Assembly (NCBI GenBank): GCA_964234715.1 | Contig: OZ174279.1 | Reading direction: 5' to 3' (one strand) | From: Podarcis melisellensis | Taxonomy: Eukaryota | Length of the DNA stretch: 64,000 bases | Part shown: positions 51,691 through 64,000 of the stretch, piece by piece | How the letters are laid out: each line of letters opens with the position of its first letter | Position numbering within the stretch: position 1 is the stretch's first letter | Notes under the pieces: generated by a model | The model's database searches: none | The model's input: the letters and a program-made list of their open reading frames with translations, nothing else | Told to the model about the DNA's origin: nothing | Program-made: the position numbers and the translations under genes

Positions 51691-52400
51691 CTGCACATAT
51701 ATGAAGTTAGGAAAAGCTGTGGCACTGAGTGGGTAGAGCGTATGTGAAGCATTCTCCACACAGGCCATGTGGTTCTTCCCCAGCACTTCAGGCAATTTAA
51801 TACAATCCACCTGGTAACAACTCCACAGGCAGTCCAACCCACTCACCAAACCAAAGGCCAAGACTTCACTCATTAATAGATGGTGGCAGTGCGTTAGGGT
51901 GCATTGAGAGAAACCATAGGCTTGCTAGGGGGATGAGGAGTCAGTCAATGTGGCAAGCTTTCTCTTCAGCAGATGGATTTATCTCCAGCTGACCAAGCAT
52001 ACTCTTGCTAACTTTTAATCTAAAGGGAAATTGCAAAACATGTTCCAATGACTACTGCACAACAAAGCATCTAGACAGGATATTTAGTCAAACTCTAGTT
52101 ATTCTCAGTAAGAAACTATTACAAAGTTTGTGTTGTATGCTTCAAAAAGAAATTTACAGTATGTATATAGTGGGGTACCAGTCACAACTTCATACAAATA
52201 AAGATGCTACACCTGAGAAAGAGGTAAAACAACAAAGCTACAGAACACCTGCAGCTGGCGCCAACTCCCACTCTCCTTTGCTGCTTAGGAGCAGCAAGTA
52301 CACTACAAGATATGTATGAGAAGTGGGGCCTCAGATTTTACTTCAGTATTAGCAAATAGGATACAAGGGAATCAACATTCTAATCCAGCACACATAGGTA

Positions 52401-52568
52401 CCGTACTTTTCCGTGTATAAGACTAGGTTTTTTTACTTTAAAATAAGGTTAAAAATCTGAGGGCATCTTATACACAGATAGTGCATGTGTCCATTTTCTA
52501 AATAGGGGGTCTCCAAAAGTAGGGGGACATCTTATACACGGGGGCATCTTATAAACGGAAAAATACGG
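52401..52568. mobile_element. Tc1/mariner MITE (related to 25816-26073)
   Basis: TA flanks. TIR ccgtacttttccgtgtataaga / tcttataaacggaaaaatacgg. Confidence 0.85.
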
Positions 52569-52602
52569 TAATTATCAAAACAACTGATTACATGGGGGGA
52601 GA

Positions 52603-52770
52603 CAGCCTTGCCAACATAGTGTAGTGGACACAGGTTGGCTTTGGACCAAAGACATGGGTTCCACTGTCATAAAGCTCACTCACAACCTAACCTCATTTAC
52701 AGTGTTGTTTGGGATAATTCCCCCATGTATGTCATCCTGAGTTCCTTGGAACAAAAGCAGAATACAAGTG
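52603..52770 (+). mobile_element. Decayed tRNA-derived MIR/CORE-like SINE
   Basis: Similar to 55813-56013 (agtgtagtgg...gggttc...aagctcact...acctaacctca). Confidence 0.45.
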
Positions 52771-53914
52771 TGACTAAAGACAGTGCTTTGCAAGGGTGCT
52801 CACAGCCCCAGATACACACACAATCCTGACATGAGAGTGGGCCTATCTTTTAAATCTAATAGTTTTACAGTTGAAGTCTGACTTCACTGTTCTTGCAAAT
52901 TTAGTATGTAGATATGCTGGCTCCTTTGGGTAAAGCAATTTTGCAACTTTTGGCTCTGTTCATCAAGAGATAAACTGCCTTTGTTACTTCCGTACCGATT
53001 ATTCAAAATGAAGAACTTCACACCAAAATGTATATATGTAATGCATATATTATACAAACTTGTAGGAATGTGACCTTAGCGAGTGGTAAGATTTCATATA
53101 AATGAGTGTGTGAAAACAGGATAGATGTTTATCAGGAATTGTGTAAATTAATTCATTCGGCCACAGAGCAAAACATGAGTTACATTAACTCCATGAGTGT
53201 CTTCGAATTCTTCCAAGAGATTTGCATAATCAGCATCACTTCCACCTTCACTAAGATCCTATTGATGACAAACATCTAATATAGACGCTGTATAGCCTCT
53301 AAGGACCATATCAACTTCTCACTTTAAGAACATCCTTCACATACATTGCACATAAATCCTATGTACACAGCTACATGCGCCAAATGCACACACTTCAGTA
53401 TATGCAACATAAGTTACACTTATTAATAATCATATGTGATTAACATGTACACAGAGTTTTTTATTTTAAAAAGAAGCATTAACATTGCAAAGATATGCTT
53501 GGAAATGTGTGGGTGTTGCTTGTTGAAATGTCAGAAGCTAGAGGAATTGCACAATATGATTTCCAGTAGTTAAGAGAACAGCACTTCAGCACACTGTAAA
53601 GCTTTGTGCCTTCTCCATGACAAACAAAAAACAATGTAAGTTATGCAGAAGAGTAAAAATTGCAGAATTATGCAAAGTACAGTAAGAGGAATCATGCATA
53701 TCTGCTGAATATTCATAATTTATAGAAGTTGTAGAATTCAGCTTCCCTTATTACAATAAAGAGAGAATGAGAAAAGCGAAACACATTCAGCCTCTTACTG
53801 AAAACATATTCAGTCTCTTCTAAAAATATATTATACAGCAAAGCATTCAAAGAGTTTCATCTTTATATACAAACCTTGAATACAGATAATTTTTATAGAC
53901 TCCCTGTAAAGTAA

Positions 53915-54055
53915 AACAGCATTATTACCCCATGTTGTGGTTAGGGTCTAAGGCTGAGAGAATGTGACTTGCCTAAAGCCATCAAAATTCAAGATTTGAA
54001 TAAAGGGCTTCCTGATTTGTAGCTCAGTCTCTTAGTCACTATACCACCCCAGCTC
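53915..54055 (-). mobile_element. MIR/CORE-like SINE remnant
   Basis: aggctgagagaatgtgacttgcctaaagcc...tctcttagtcactataccac. Confidence 0.5.
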
Positions 54056-54624
54056 TCTGCTGACATCATGTAATCACCCGCACATCCCTATGCAAAACCC
54101 TAATTGACATGGATGAAACAAATCTGCAGATCCTAGGTAATTGTTGCCTTTACCTTCACATGAAGTGGTAATTGCTTTGGCAGACTGTGTCTTAATCTTC
54201 TAGATTTGAAGGGGGTGGGGAGCAAAAAAACCAACACATCCTTTGGCTTTATGTACTTTTGACTTTTAATCTACCTAACTGTAAACGCTTTTCTCTCACT
54301 TTCTACATCCAATCAACCTCTTCTACCCAGCATACAGGATATCACTACTGTCCCTTCATCATGCTCACAGAAAAAGCATAATGCATTTAGAGGAGTGTTG
54401 CATTTTTTTCTCCAATTGCTTTAATAATATTTAGACTAGAAACAAAGATTTTTAAATAAGAGATTATTCTGCTGGCCAGACACAACTTCACAGGCCACAG
54501 TCAAGGATATTACTTTTTTTTACAAGTGTTTGACTCTCTTTACATGCAACAGCAAATGCAGTCTTATGAATTCAACAATATGGAACTCAGAATTTCTAAA
54601 GCACCATGCACAGCAGAGTGCTCT

Positions 54625-54703
54625 GATGGTGTTTCCTGCTTGGCAGGGGGTTGGACTCGATGGCCCTTGTGGTCTATTCCAACTCTATGATTCTATGATT
54701 CTA
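54625..54703 (+). mobile_element. CR1 LINE 3' terminus
   Basis: ggcagggggttggactcgatggcccttgtggtctattccaactc followed by a (TATGATTC)n tail. Confidence 0.85.
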
Positions 54704-55812
54704 GAGTTCTTTCCCTAGTTCTGCACTGTTCTGCCTAAGACCCCTGCTGGCAGTTTGCATATTCTTTACACTGGATGATAACAGTTTTACTTCTCATTTA
54801 AAATTAGTTAAGAGTGGTTCAGGAGAATGAAATCTAATTTCTTCCTGCACAGCCAGAGCAAGAATTGACCAGTGAAATCCATTCTTAGAAGTAACAGCAG
54901 CCTTTTTAGGACTAATGGCTTCTAAGATGTCTAAGATTTCGGGCTGGTACTGTCAGCCAATCCGATAATTGTGATTGTGAGGGTCTTCCCCACTGCTGGC
55001 TTGTTAGAAGCAAGTACCTCTCCCCAACACCAAAAGAAGTTCTCCCCCTGCCCAACCTTTCCTGCAAGCTAGGAGCTTGTGAATTTCAACCAATGCTTAG
55101 TGAGAGAGCTCTGGCCCTTCCACCAAGCAAAGGCTCAAGAAACATCCCCACCTTCCTCTCCTTCAGGGAACATGCAAACTTCAGTCATTACTCAGCAGGG
55201 GACCACATCATCAAGCAGTGGCTGGAACCCCTACCACCTCTTTCTTGCAGAAAAGAGTGCTTAGGATCATGTCAGCTTTATCAGCTAATCAGAAGCAGAG
55301 CTCCGGGCCTGTCTCCCAAGCAACAACTGTAAAGGCCTCTTTATCTTGTGGGAAAGAGAGGCAGGAATGTGGGAAATTCAGCTGGTGAAGTTAACAGCAC
55401 TTGCTTTCAAATAGCACCCAAGATGTCCATAAGCAGGAAGGGAGAGGTATTGCTGGTTTGTCCCTCTGGGACCAAGGAACTCCAGGGGGCTTGGATAAGT
55501 GTTAGAAACTCAGATATTTATATGCTAATTGACAAATGGCACTTTAAGCCTAGGTTATGGTCGTGTGTTTGTTGTTGTTAACTTCATTTCTATACCACAT
55601 TTCTATACCACTATACCACACATATGAGATTTTTTTAAAAAAATCTCAAAGTGGTTTACAACACATTAAAACATCAAATAAAACAATCCAGAATAAAACA
55701 AATTCAAGATCGAAGGAAAATATTTAATATCCTTCTCTAAGAATTGTTTTGCTTTCCCAATATTTATTTACCAATTTAATTTATACAGCAGCCCAATAGC
55801 AAAAGTACTCTA

Positions 55813-56013
55813 GGAAGCCAGTATGGTATAGCGGTCAGAGTGTGGACCTGGGAGTGGAGTTCAAATCCCCACTCAGTCATGAAGCTCACTGGGTGACCTT
55901 GGACAAGTCACAGCCTCTTAACCTAACCTCACAGGGTCATTGTAGGGATTGACTGAGGAGCAGGGTGAACCATGTAGTCTTTGGAGAAAAAGGTGGGATA
56001 TAAATGCAGTAAA
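55813..56013 (+). mobile_element. tRNA-derived MIR/CORE-like SINE
   Basis: A-box tggtatagcgg and B-box gttcaaatcc, then gaagctcactgggtgaccttggacaagtca and an A-rich end. Confidence 0.65.
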
Positions 56014-58572
56014 TAAGCTCTTCTTCTTACCTGCTCAAGAAAACTGGAGGGGCTAGCCAGATGGAGATGTAAGTTGCCAACCTGGCATCCACAGATCTCC
56101 ACATGGTCGCAACTGGACCTGCACCAGTCACAAAATGTGCCTGGTGAATTTCTAGCACAGGCATGAATCACACAACTTCAATACCATCCCTAGCCTTCCT
56201 CCCAACTTTAGAGAGGTGAAGGGGGCAGAGATTGCCTGGACATTTCTGGGATGATCCTTCCCCATTCCCTGGTTTTCAAAGTTGGGAGGAAAGCTGGCCA
56301 CTCCTCATGCTTGCTAGAGGGTGGTGCCACACTTGCCATGACAAGAGTAATAGCTGAATCCTGCTCTGTTTGAAGCAGCAGATACCATTTCTCCATACCT
56401 GCCTCAGCAAAAGAATAGGAAACAGTTGGTGGTATTGCATGAAAGAGCAAATGGGCACATCTCTCTCAGTCAGCCAGCAATTTGTCATTCAGGACTTTCT
56501 TGTGGAGTTACCAGAATGAACGCCTTTACATGCATTTATCTTGCTGACATTCTTATGGTCAGCAAGGATAAGTGCAAATTAAAAGCTTATTAACACATGG
56601 TGATTTTAACAGGAACAAAGGAATCACACACATGGAAGGATTTATTAATCCATAGAAATCATCCCTGAGCTAGACAAATATAGGGCTTCCCTTCCCTGGG
56701 TAGCAAAATATAACAAAAAAAAAAAAAAGAGGAACTCTGGCCTGATGGCACAGCATGCAGCGTAGTGAGAAGTTTAAAATATCTAGCATATGCCACTCTT
56801 GTCAGTAGTGTAAATCAACATCCAGGAAGAGGTTATATATTACAATTCCTACTGCTTGATTGGCTGTACTTTGCACCCCAGTATGAGATGAGCTCTCATA
56901 CTTGTCCCATGGGAACAAGAACCCTGAACTACTCTGAGTAGACCCACCGATATTAATGAACATTACTTCATTAGGTACATTCATTTCAGTGTGTCTACTC
57001 TTAAGTAAAACTTAATTGACTATCACCCTTGAGTTTTTTTACTCACATCAGCCCTGCTTAACATATAATGAAGTTCCAGATAAAAGTATCTTGTATTAAA
57101 ATGTGAAAATTGGGGTGAAGCTGCAACAACAGAATGTACAACTCTGTTCATAAATAGGGCTCCAGACTTCATAACAACTTCTAAGCACATCTATTTTCAA
57201 GCCCCAAATTTAAAGCCCAAAACAACGGAAGGCAAGATTCTCAACATGAATTTTGAGCCAGAGTTACCCTTGCACAGCCCTGTGTATTATTTTCACATTA
57301 GTAATCTTCAATACTCATATAAAAAAGAAGAGACCTATGAACATATCACATGTGAAAGGGGGGGGGTCAAGTAAAGTTTGCTCTGGGACGCTAATTTACT
57401 TTCCCCATCTTGTGATCCTTCAAGCTGCAAGGAAGCAGCCCCACTTAAAATACTTTGTTTGGAAGGGTAGATTGGCCTCAGAGAATATACATCCAATTTC
57501 CCCTATCTTTGGTCCCTAGGCAGATGGCCATTTGCCAAAACTCTTTAGCCTAACTCCCAGCACCAGCTGGCTAAGGGCTCTTGCATACATGCTGCTCCCT
57601 GCTGCCAACATTCCCTGGCAGCCTGCAAAGAAAACCATCAGCTTCCACTTGTTTGGGGGGTTGAGGAAGAGATGGAGGGTCATTTGCATCCCTAGTGCTT
57701 TTTCCGCAAGGGTAGGAGATCTGAAAATTCTGATGTGACCATCTCTTACCCTACTGCCCTATCCCAAGCACACATACATGATCTAAAACATTAATTTACT
57801 AAGCAAATGGGGGGCAGCGAGAAAGCAAGGCAAATAAGAGGATTTTCCCCCTTCCTGTAACTTTCCACCCCAAAGCCCTCACTGACAGACATGCCAGAGA
57901 CCATTTTTTCCAGAGGGGTAGTTGTGTTAGTCTGTTGCACCAAGAACAGAATCCTGTGGCACCTTAAAAAGAATAATTGTCAGATGCAGGAAGTGAGATC
58001 TGAGTTGGCAAATATGTACTGTATACACAAGGGTTAGGGAAAATAAATATATAAAGTGGGAGCTAAATGGCAATGTGGTGCAAAAAATGCAATCAGTGGT
58101 AATTCAACCAGAGCTTAGATGTATGTTAAACAGGCACAATATAGGAAAGCATTGTGTCTATTCAAACCAAATTAATGTTACTGAGGCATGGAGCCAGCTC
58201 TGGAAAGGGCTTTGGAGCCCTTCTGTAATCAAGGCCAAATACAACTGTGAATTGCATGAGCATTATGCTAGAAATTGTGTATTCTAGCCCACTCTTATCC
58301 CTGCTCATTGGGGCCAAACTGTTGTGGCACACAAAGAATAAGAGGCTTCACTTTCTCAGCCCTTTTGTCCCTGATATTTGCCTCAGATCCTATTCTACTC
58401 TACTCCTTGACTGGACCTGATCTGCCTTGCTCCTTTAAATCCATCTAGGCTTGGTGGCTCCAGCTTTGACCAGAAAAGGGCACAGAGCTCCAGAGAAGGA
58501 ATGCCAAGTGCCCCAGAATTGCCACTGAAACCACAAGTTAATCACTGCACATTGCTCTTTATTTACAATAAA

Positions 58573-58734
58573 CTCACTGGGTGACCTTGAGCTAATCAGT
58601 CTCTCATCCTTCCCTACCTTCTATGGTCGCTGTGGGGATAAAACAAGGAAGAAAACAATCATGTACATCACCTTGTGCTCTTTGGAGGAAAGGTAAGATA
58701 TCAATATAATTAATTAATTAATTAATTAATTAAT
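58573..58734 (+). mobile_element. 5'-truncated SINE of the same family with a (TAAT)n tail
   Basis: ctcactgggtgaccttgag...tttggaggaaaggtaagatat followed by (taat)n at 58707-58734. Confidence 0.6.
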
Positions 58735-59368
58735 ACTATTCTATGCATGGTGTAGCGTTTTATAAAACTATCTTCTCTAAACTGCTTTCTGGTTCTATTC
58801 CCTTAGCGTACAGCCCCTCTCGTCTGCTGCAGTGATATGCACAATCTTACTGCAATGCTACTGTCCCCCCAATCACTCTTCCATCTCCTTCTTTCCTTTA
58901 CCCATTCACAACTCTCTGCTTTTTTCAACCACTTTCAAATACTCCACTGGTTCATTCATTCCTCCTCACCAGATTTCTGCATCTTGAACTTAACCATTTT
59001 TCCACTCACCCCATACAATATTTCATTCACTCCTGTTAAACACTTCCAAACAAAATATATGAGAGATTCATGTCATTTCCACTTAAGAGATATCAGGCAG
59101 CAGAGACAGGAAAAACTATCAGTGCTTGATGTTGGAGAACCTCTGCCGGTAACTAGATGGACCACTGGTGTGCCAAAGAATAGGCAGTTGGTAAGTAGCA
59201 ATTGCCCCTGGACAAGCAGCCAAGTGGCAAAAAGGACCACATCCCATGCTTCCCCTTCACCCTCCCACTCCAATGAACTTCCCCTTTGACTGCATTGCCT
59301 GTTCACTTATTCTTATCACTGCCCCTTATGATTCCAGTTATAGCAGGACACCTCTATTATGTCTTCCT

Positions 59369-59402
59369 GTATGTATGTATGTATGTATGTATGTATGTAT
59401 GT
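59369..59402. repeat. (TATG)n microsatellite
   Basis: Directly visible. Confidence 0.92.
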
Positions 59403-62400
59403 TTGCTTTCTCTTTCATTTCATGCTTTATGGGGAGACTGAACAAAGGGAAGCAAAAGACATTTCTGAAAAGTTATTGACAAAGCTAACATTACTGTTAA
59501 GAGAAAGTTCTAGGGATCTGACCATTTACAGACTGCTTTGCATAGCATTTAGAATATGGTAGGGGAACCATGTTTTCATATTAGGCTGATTCAGCTATGC
59601 CCATCAAATTATTAAATTTTCAGTCAATCCCTCACATTACAAAATAAAAAGAAATAAATAAAGCAGACACCAAAGTCATGTATTTCATGCAATTTACAGC
59701 TCTCCTACTCAAGATGGAGACTTTACTGAGAAAGATTGGTATTAAACTGTGGAACACAGATTATTCTGAACCAAATAAAAATAATGGAAAAAACCAATGC
59801 CATTATTTTTGTGTTTTAGATATTAAAGTCTCTACAGACTAGAATCATCTCAACATATAGCCACTATTTAAAACTATCTTGCACAAAACACCTGAATGCA
59901 AACCATTTTATAATACCATAATCACAAAGTTTTTATTCCATTTTGGGGAAACAGACACCTAAAATCAGACTCCCAAGTACATTTGGCTTTATTTTAGTTA
60001 GAAATACTGAGCTTTCTCAACTCTCACTTGATAAAGGGAACAGACAGTAGTCAGTGCTTCCAAGAACCTATCATATTGGGATTAATTAGGCACTAGGCTT
60101 TTGGCACACATTTTCAACATCTTGGCCAAACTTTACAGAAGCTCTGTAAGTTAACTTTTTTTACTACTGCTATTTATAAAGTGCCACAATAGCCAATCAT
60201 AGCCAAACAACCAACGTACAAATAGTTATTGGCAACATAACAAAGGAAGGAAAATGGTTTAAATATACTAACATCCTAGTCTTGGGGCATCCAGTCAAGC
60301 TACGCAAAGAGGTGTTTTTGTCCCTTGCATACTCCCAAATGTGGAAGTAGGATCAGAAACGGGATCTGGAAGAAAGGGTAAACAGCATGTTAGTTAAATT
60401 CACAGATGGCACTACACTGGGTAATGTTGCAAACATTAGCAGGAACAAAAATATAAATGAATTTAGGAACATACGAAGGAAAACACATCACATTTCAGGA
60501 AAGTGTGCTAATGACATGTAATGAAATTCTAGCACAGAACAAAAATGTTCAAAGGAAACAGAGGATTAGTTGTGATGGATGAAAAGTAGATAAAGGGGAC
60601 TGCAAGAGATCAAGAAGTTAGAAAAAATGATGTGTGCTGTATCTGGTCAGTGTGCAAGCAGGACTAACACTGGCACAACAGAACATCCCTTCCCTCACCT
60701 CCTCCCATGCAACCCTTATCTGCTTTGTGGAAAGCAGGGGAGAGAGACGTTCTGTTGCAAAAGCAGTTGTTCTGCTCATTCAATGACTTTGTTGGATACA
60801 ACACTGTGCCTTCAAGCCACACTAAAGACACTCTTGTCTCATTGTGCTAGAGCCACTTGCTGTAAGCCATTGTACCAATCAGCTTTCTTCACTCTTACAC
60901 ACTGCTTATCTGACTAGTAGATTAGGACAGGGTGGGCAGATCTTAGACTGGTAAGATCAACTTTGTTTTTTCACTAGAATCCTGAGATCTACCAACCAGA
61001 GCCGTGTGCAAGGCACACAGAATTAAAGAACAAAGTGCCTTTGAGCATATTCTGAGCATTTTCAGGATCACAACAAATTGAGTTTAGTGTCTTTTCACAC
61101 AACAGTCCAATCCTGATTAATCTTCATTTCAGCAGACTAATTTTGGTAGGGAAAGTTGTTTTGTTGCCATTGTTTAATAACTGGGAATCAGAAATACTTG
61201 CTGATCTACCCAAAATCATCCAGAGATCCTGAATTACCGTCTGTCTACCCCATCTTAGACAATGATACAACACTAGATATTGATTTTTGTTTCCCTAGAA
61301 CTTTTTTTCTTTTTCTTTTTTAAAGAAAGTTTGGCTTCAACAGGAAATAAATAAAATTCTATGCTTCAATTGTATCATTCTCAGCAAAGCATATTCCAGG
61401 AACATAGAAGTTTATGTGGTACGTTTGACCTTAAGATTGACCCTGAGGTCAATCTAGAGTTTTACTTATATATATATTTAAAAGTCACTGAGGGAGGGAG
61501 ACTTTGCCAGTGGTCAGCATGCAGCAAGCTAGGCATGAAGATGTGGTGGGGGAAAGAGTCATATGATGTAGTATTGAAATAAAGGATTCAGAACTGAGAA
61601 TGGAAGATGAAGCAGGGGAAATAGTTAGATGTCTAAAGGAGGAAATAGGATTAGGAAGGAAGCACCCAAAAACAGTGGCAAGGAAGCAAGAGATGCACAT
61701 TCCCCTTTAAAAACGTAATCCGAAAATGATTTTCTACAGTTGTTTATTCCTTTGAACATTACTGGAGAAGGAAACAAAAGGGTCAATTTATATTAGGGTT
61801 GGCTGCCTTTTTTGTTTGTTTGTTTTTGCCTAGAACTCTGGCCAATTTGTATTGGACCAACTTTTCCAAGTTGGTCTTAATGTAGATAAGAAATTAAGTT
61901 CAGTACTTAAATACAAGAAAAAATGAAATTTAACTGTTTCACTCAATATAATCTCATGGGATTCAAAATGAAAATTTTTGAATAAGCATTTTCAGAATAA
62001 TTGCAATAGTAAGAAGAGCTTCAATTTATTTCCAATGATCAGGAAACAGAACATTTGTGCAATTTACCTTCCCTATGTTGCAGTCCCTCTCAGCTCTTTC
62101 TCTCCCCAAGAGAACTGCACACACACACACAAACAATATCCAAGCCTTATTACTCTACTAGAATGTCAAGAATTAAGCAAGAATTAACCAGAAGCACCAG
62201 TGACCATGTTTTGGACCTTTTTGTACATAATCTGAATAGTTTATAAAATCTCATTATTAAATGTGCATAGATTTTTTTTCTTGGCTAAGAAAAATTGGAA
62301 TAAGTGTATGAACTAATAATGGCAAGGTCCTCAGAGTTAGGTTTCATACTTTTAACATCCACTGAGCTCTCATAACAGACACAAATCCTGCAACTAACTT

Positions 62401-64000
62401 TATATAGACAAAGTTCAAAGCACAATGCAACATAACCATATATTCTTAGCACATGTCTGAGAAACCACAAAAGATGCAAAAGAAAGGGGTTTCCTTCTTT
62501 AGTCAAAGTAGATCCCAATGAGAAGAAAACATTTCAGTATCTGTATATGCTGCTTAACCAGGGCCATCTTAGGTCAGAGGACAGTGTTAGAAGGTATTTT
62601 GTACACAGGTAGAGATAGCTGAATAGAAGAGTTATATGTATGTCGTGTATGAAAAGCATATTCTATTTTTATAACACATGAAAGCTGGGCTCAATTATTT
62701 TCTCAGTTATCACTTATAGATGTATGAGCTTCACATAGACATTTTGATTTTGATAACAGAATGCTGGTCTCTGTAGCTAGAACATGTGCAGGCCTCTAAA
62801 TGTTGTGCATTTTGTTGAAGATTTGTTGTTTTAACATTTTCCACTGCTCTGCAAGTCCCGAGTTACCTGCATATTTGATGCTGAACAACCAGAAAAGCCT
62901 ACAAACAGAGGTCAATGAAAACAGTCTCTCTATTCACGATCAAAGAAATAAGCATGACTGTTTTACATCTTGGGAAGAATAACCATCAGGCTATTCAAGG
63001 TTTGTAAATGTATGCATCTATAGTAATACCAATTCCATATTTTAACTTTTATACAGTATCTAGGACTGTAAAATGAAAACTAGATGTAATACTGAACAAC
63101 CTATAATTGCACACCCACTCACAATGTTTCCAAGTTCAGAGGTCCTTGATTTACAATCTACAATGCTACTATTATGTAGACCATACATAATGATGAATTT
63201 TAGTTTCCCAGGATGTTCATGATTCAGGCTTAGAGCCAAATCCAGCAGGTTATAGCATGTACAAAAAAGGAAACATATGGGCACATTGAAGGTTTACGGG
63301 GTCATTTTTCCTTCACTATTGAGGGAAGTGTGTGAAGTAGGTTCAAGGGTATATTAGTGGAGCTCCTATGAAAGGGAGAAGGTTGAACAAAATATTGGCA
63401 TGTACACTATTGACAAGAAACAAAACATACATTATTAATGCACTTTCATTAAGATTCAGAAGAAAATCGTGATTTTATTTTTCTGACAGATTATTAAAAT
63501 TTACCAGAATAGTGACAGAACATCTTTCTTTGTCTTCACTGTGCTTCTAATTTTAAGTATCATGCTTCAGCTTCACAGAATTACATCTTTTGGAATCTGG
63601 ACCAGGTAAGTGTGAGTGTCACTATGATGCTTGCATGACGGTCTGGTGCATATAAATTCTAAAGTAGCACTTATAGGGACATTCAGATATTAGGTAATCA
63701 AGGTATCTTGTGAAATACTTTTTATCAATACCAAAAGCAACCATAAAAATAAAGCTTGTTGACTTTGTTCCCTGTGTTAGAAAGTAGCCCTAGGTATCAA
63801 GCCTCTATCTGAAACTTCCATTATTCCACCAGAGCATTCCAAATTAATGAGATTCATATCAAACACTGAAAAACACACTCCTAATTTCTAAAACATGCAA
63901 ATCAAAAAACTACAACTCAGCGCTACGCTATTAGTATGTGATCCTCCCCAACAGTCAGTCATATCACTTCACAGATGTGTAGCTTTCAACATGAAGATGA

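Noticed and set aside
55813-55875. tRNA gene (A/B boxes), likewise the heads of the Sauria SINEs
   Set aside because: Continues into a SINE body and tail, with no intact cloverleaf.
58837-59289. 150-aa plus-strand ORF; also the 151-aa ORF at 6501-6956
   Set aside because: No recognisable domain or splice context. Expected by chance in 64 kb.
44784-64000. LCOR first exons and promoter
   Set aside because: No CpG island or LCORL-like upstream coding exon was found by eye. They probably lie beyond the window.
1-64000. CRISPR arrays, operons or other prokaryotic systems
   Set aside because: The sequence is a spliced vertebrate locus with no regularly spaced repeat-spacer structure.

Overview
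Vertebrate genomic DNA from a squamate reptile, probably a lacertid lizard (inferred from Sauria SINEs plus L2, CR1, BovB and L1 LINE remnants). The whole window lies within the LCOR locus on the minus strand. I traced seven GT-AG exons by hand: 44783-44718 (66 nt), 44307-44228 (80 nt), 33586-33454 (133 nt), 32051-31764 (288 nt), 27314-27221 (94 nt), and two alternative terminal exons. The first terminal exon is the LCoR pipsqueak-HTH exon (CDS 23938-22969) with a 3' UTR of about 8.8 kb. The second is the start of the large PALI1/C10orf12 exon (1012 to beyond position 1). Splicing from the MQRMI ATG (32001) to the HTH exon gives 433 aa, the length I recall for human LCoR. Main observations: (1) the three upstream exons and the first 50 nt of the ATG exon form an unbroken in-frame N-terminal extension of about 110 aa resembling the LCORL N-terminus; (2) the PALI1 exon frame is absent from the supplied ORF track; (3) there is a candidate frame-preserving 63-nt cassette exon just upstream of the HTH exon; (4) a degenerate fold-back element sits in the long 3' UTR. 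The promoter and first exons lie beyond position 64000. Introns carry many MITEs, SINEs and LINE remnants. No prokaryotic-type system, CRISPR array or RNA gene was seen. All homologies are from memory and were not searched.
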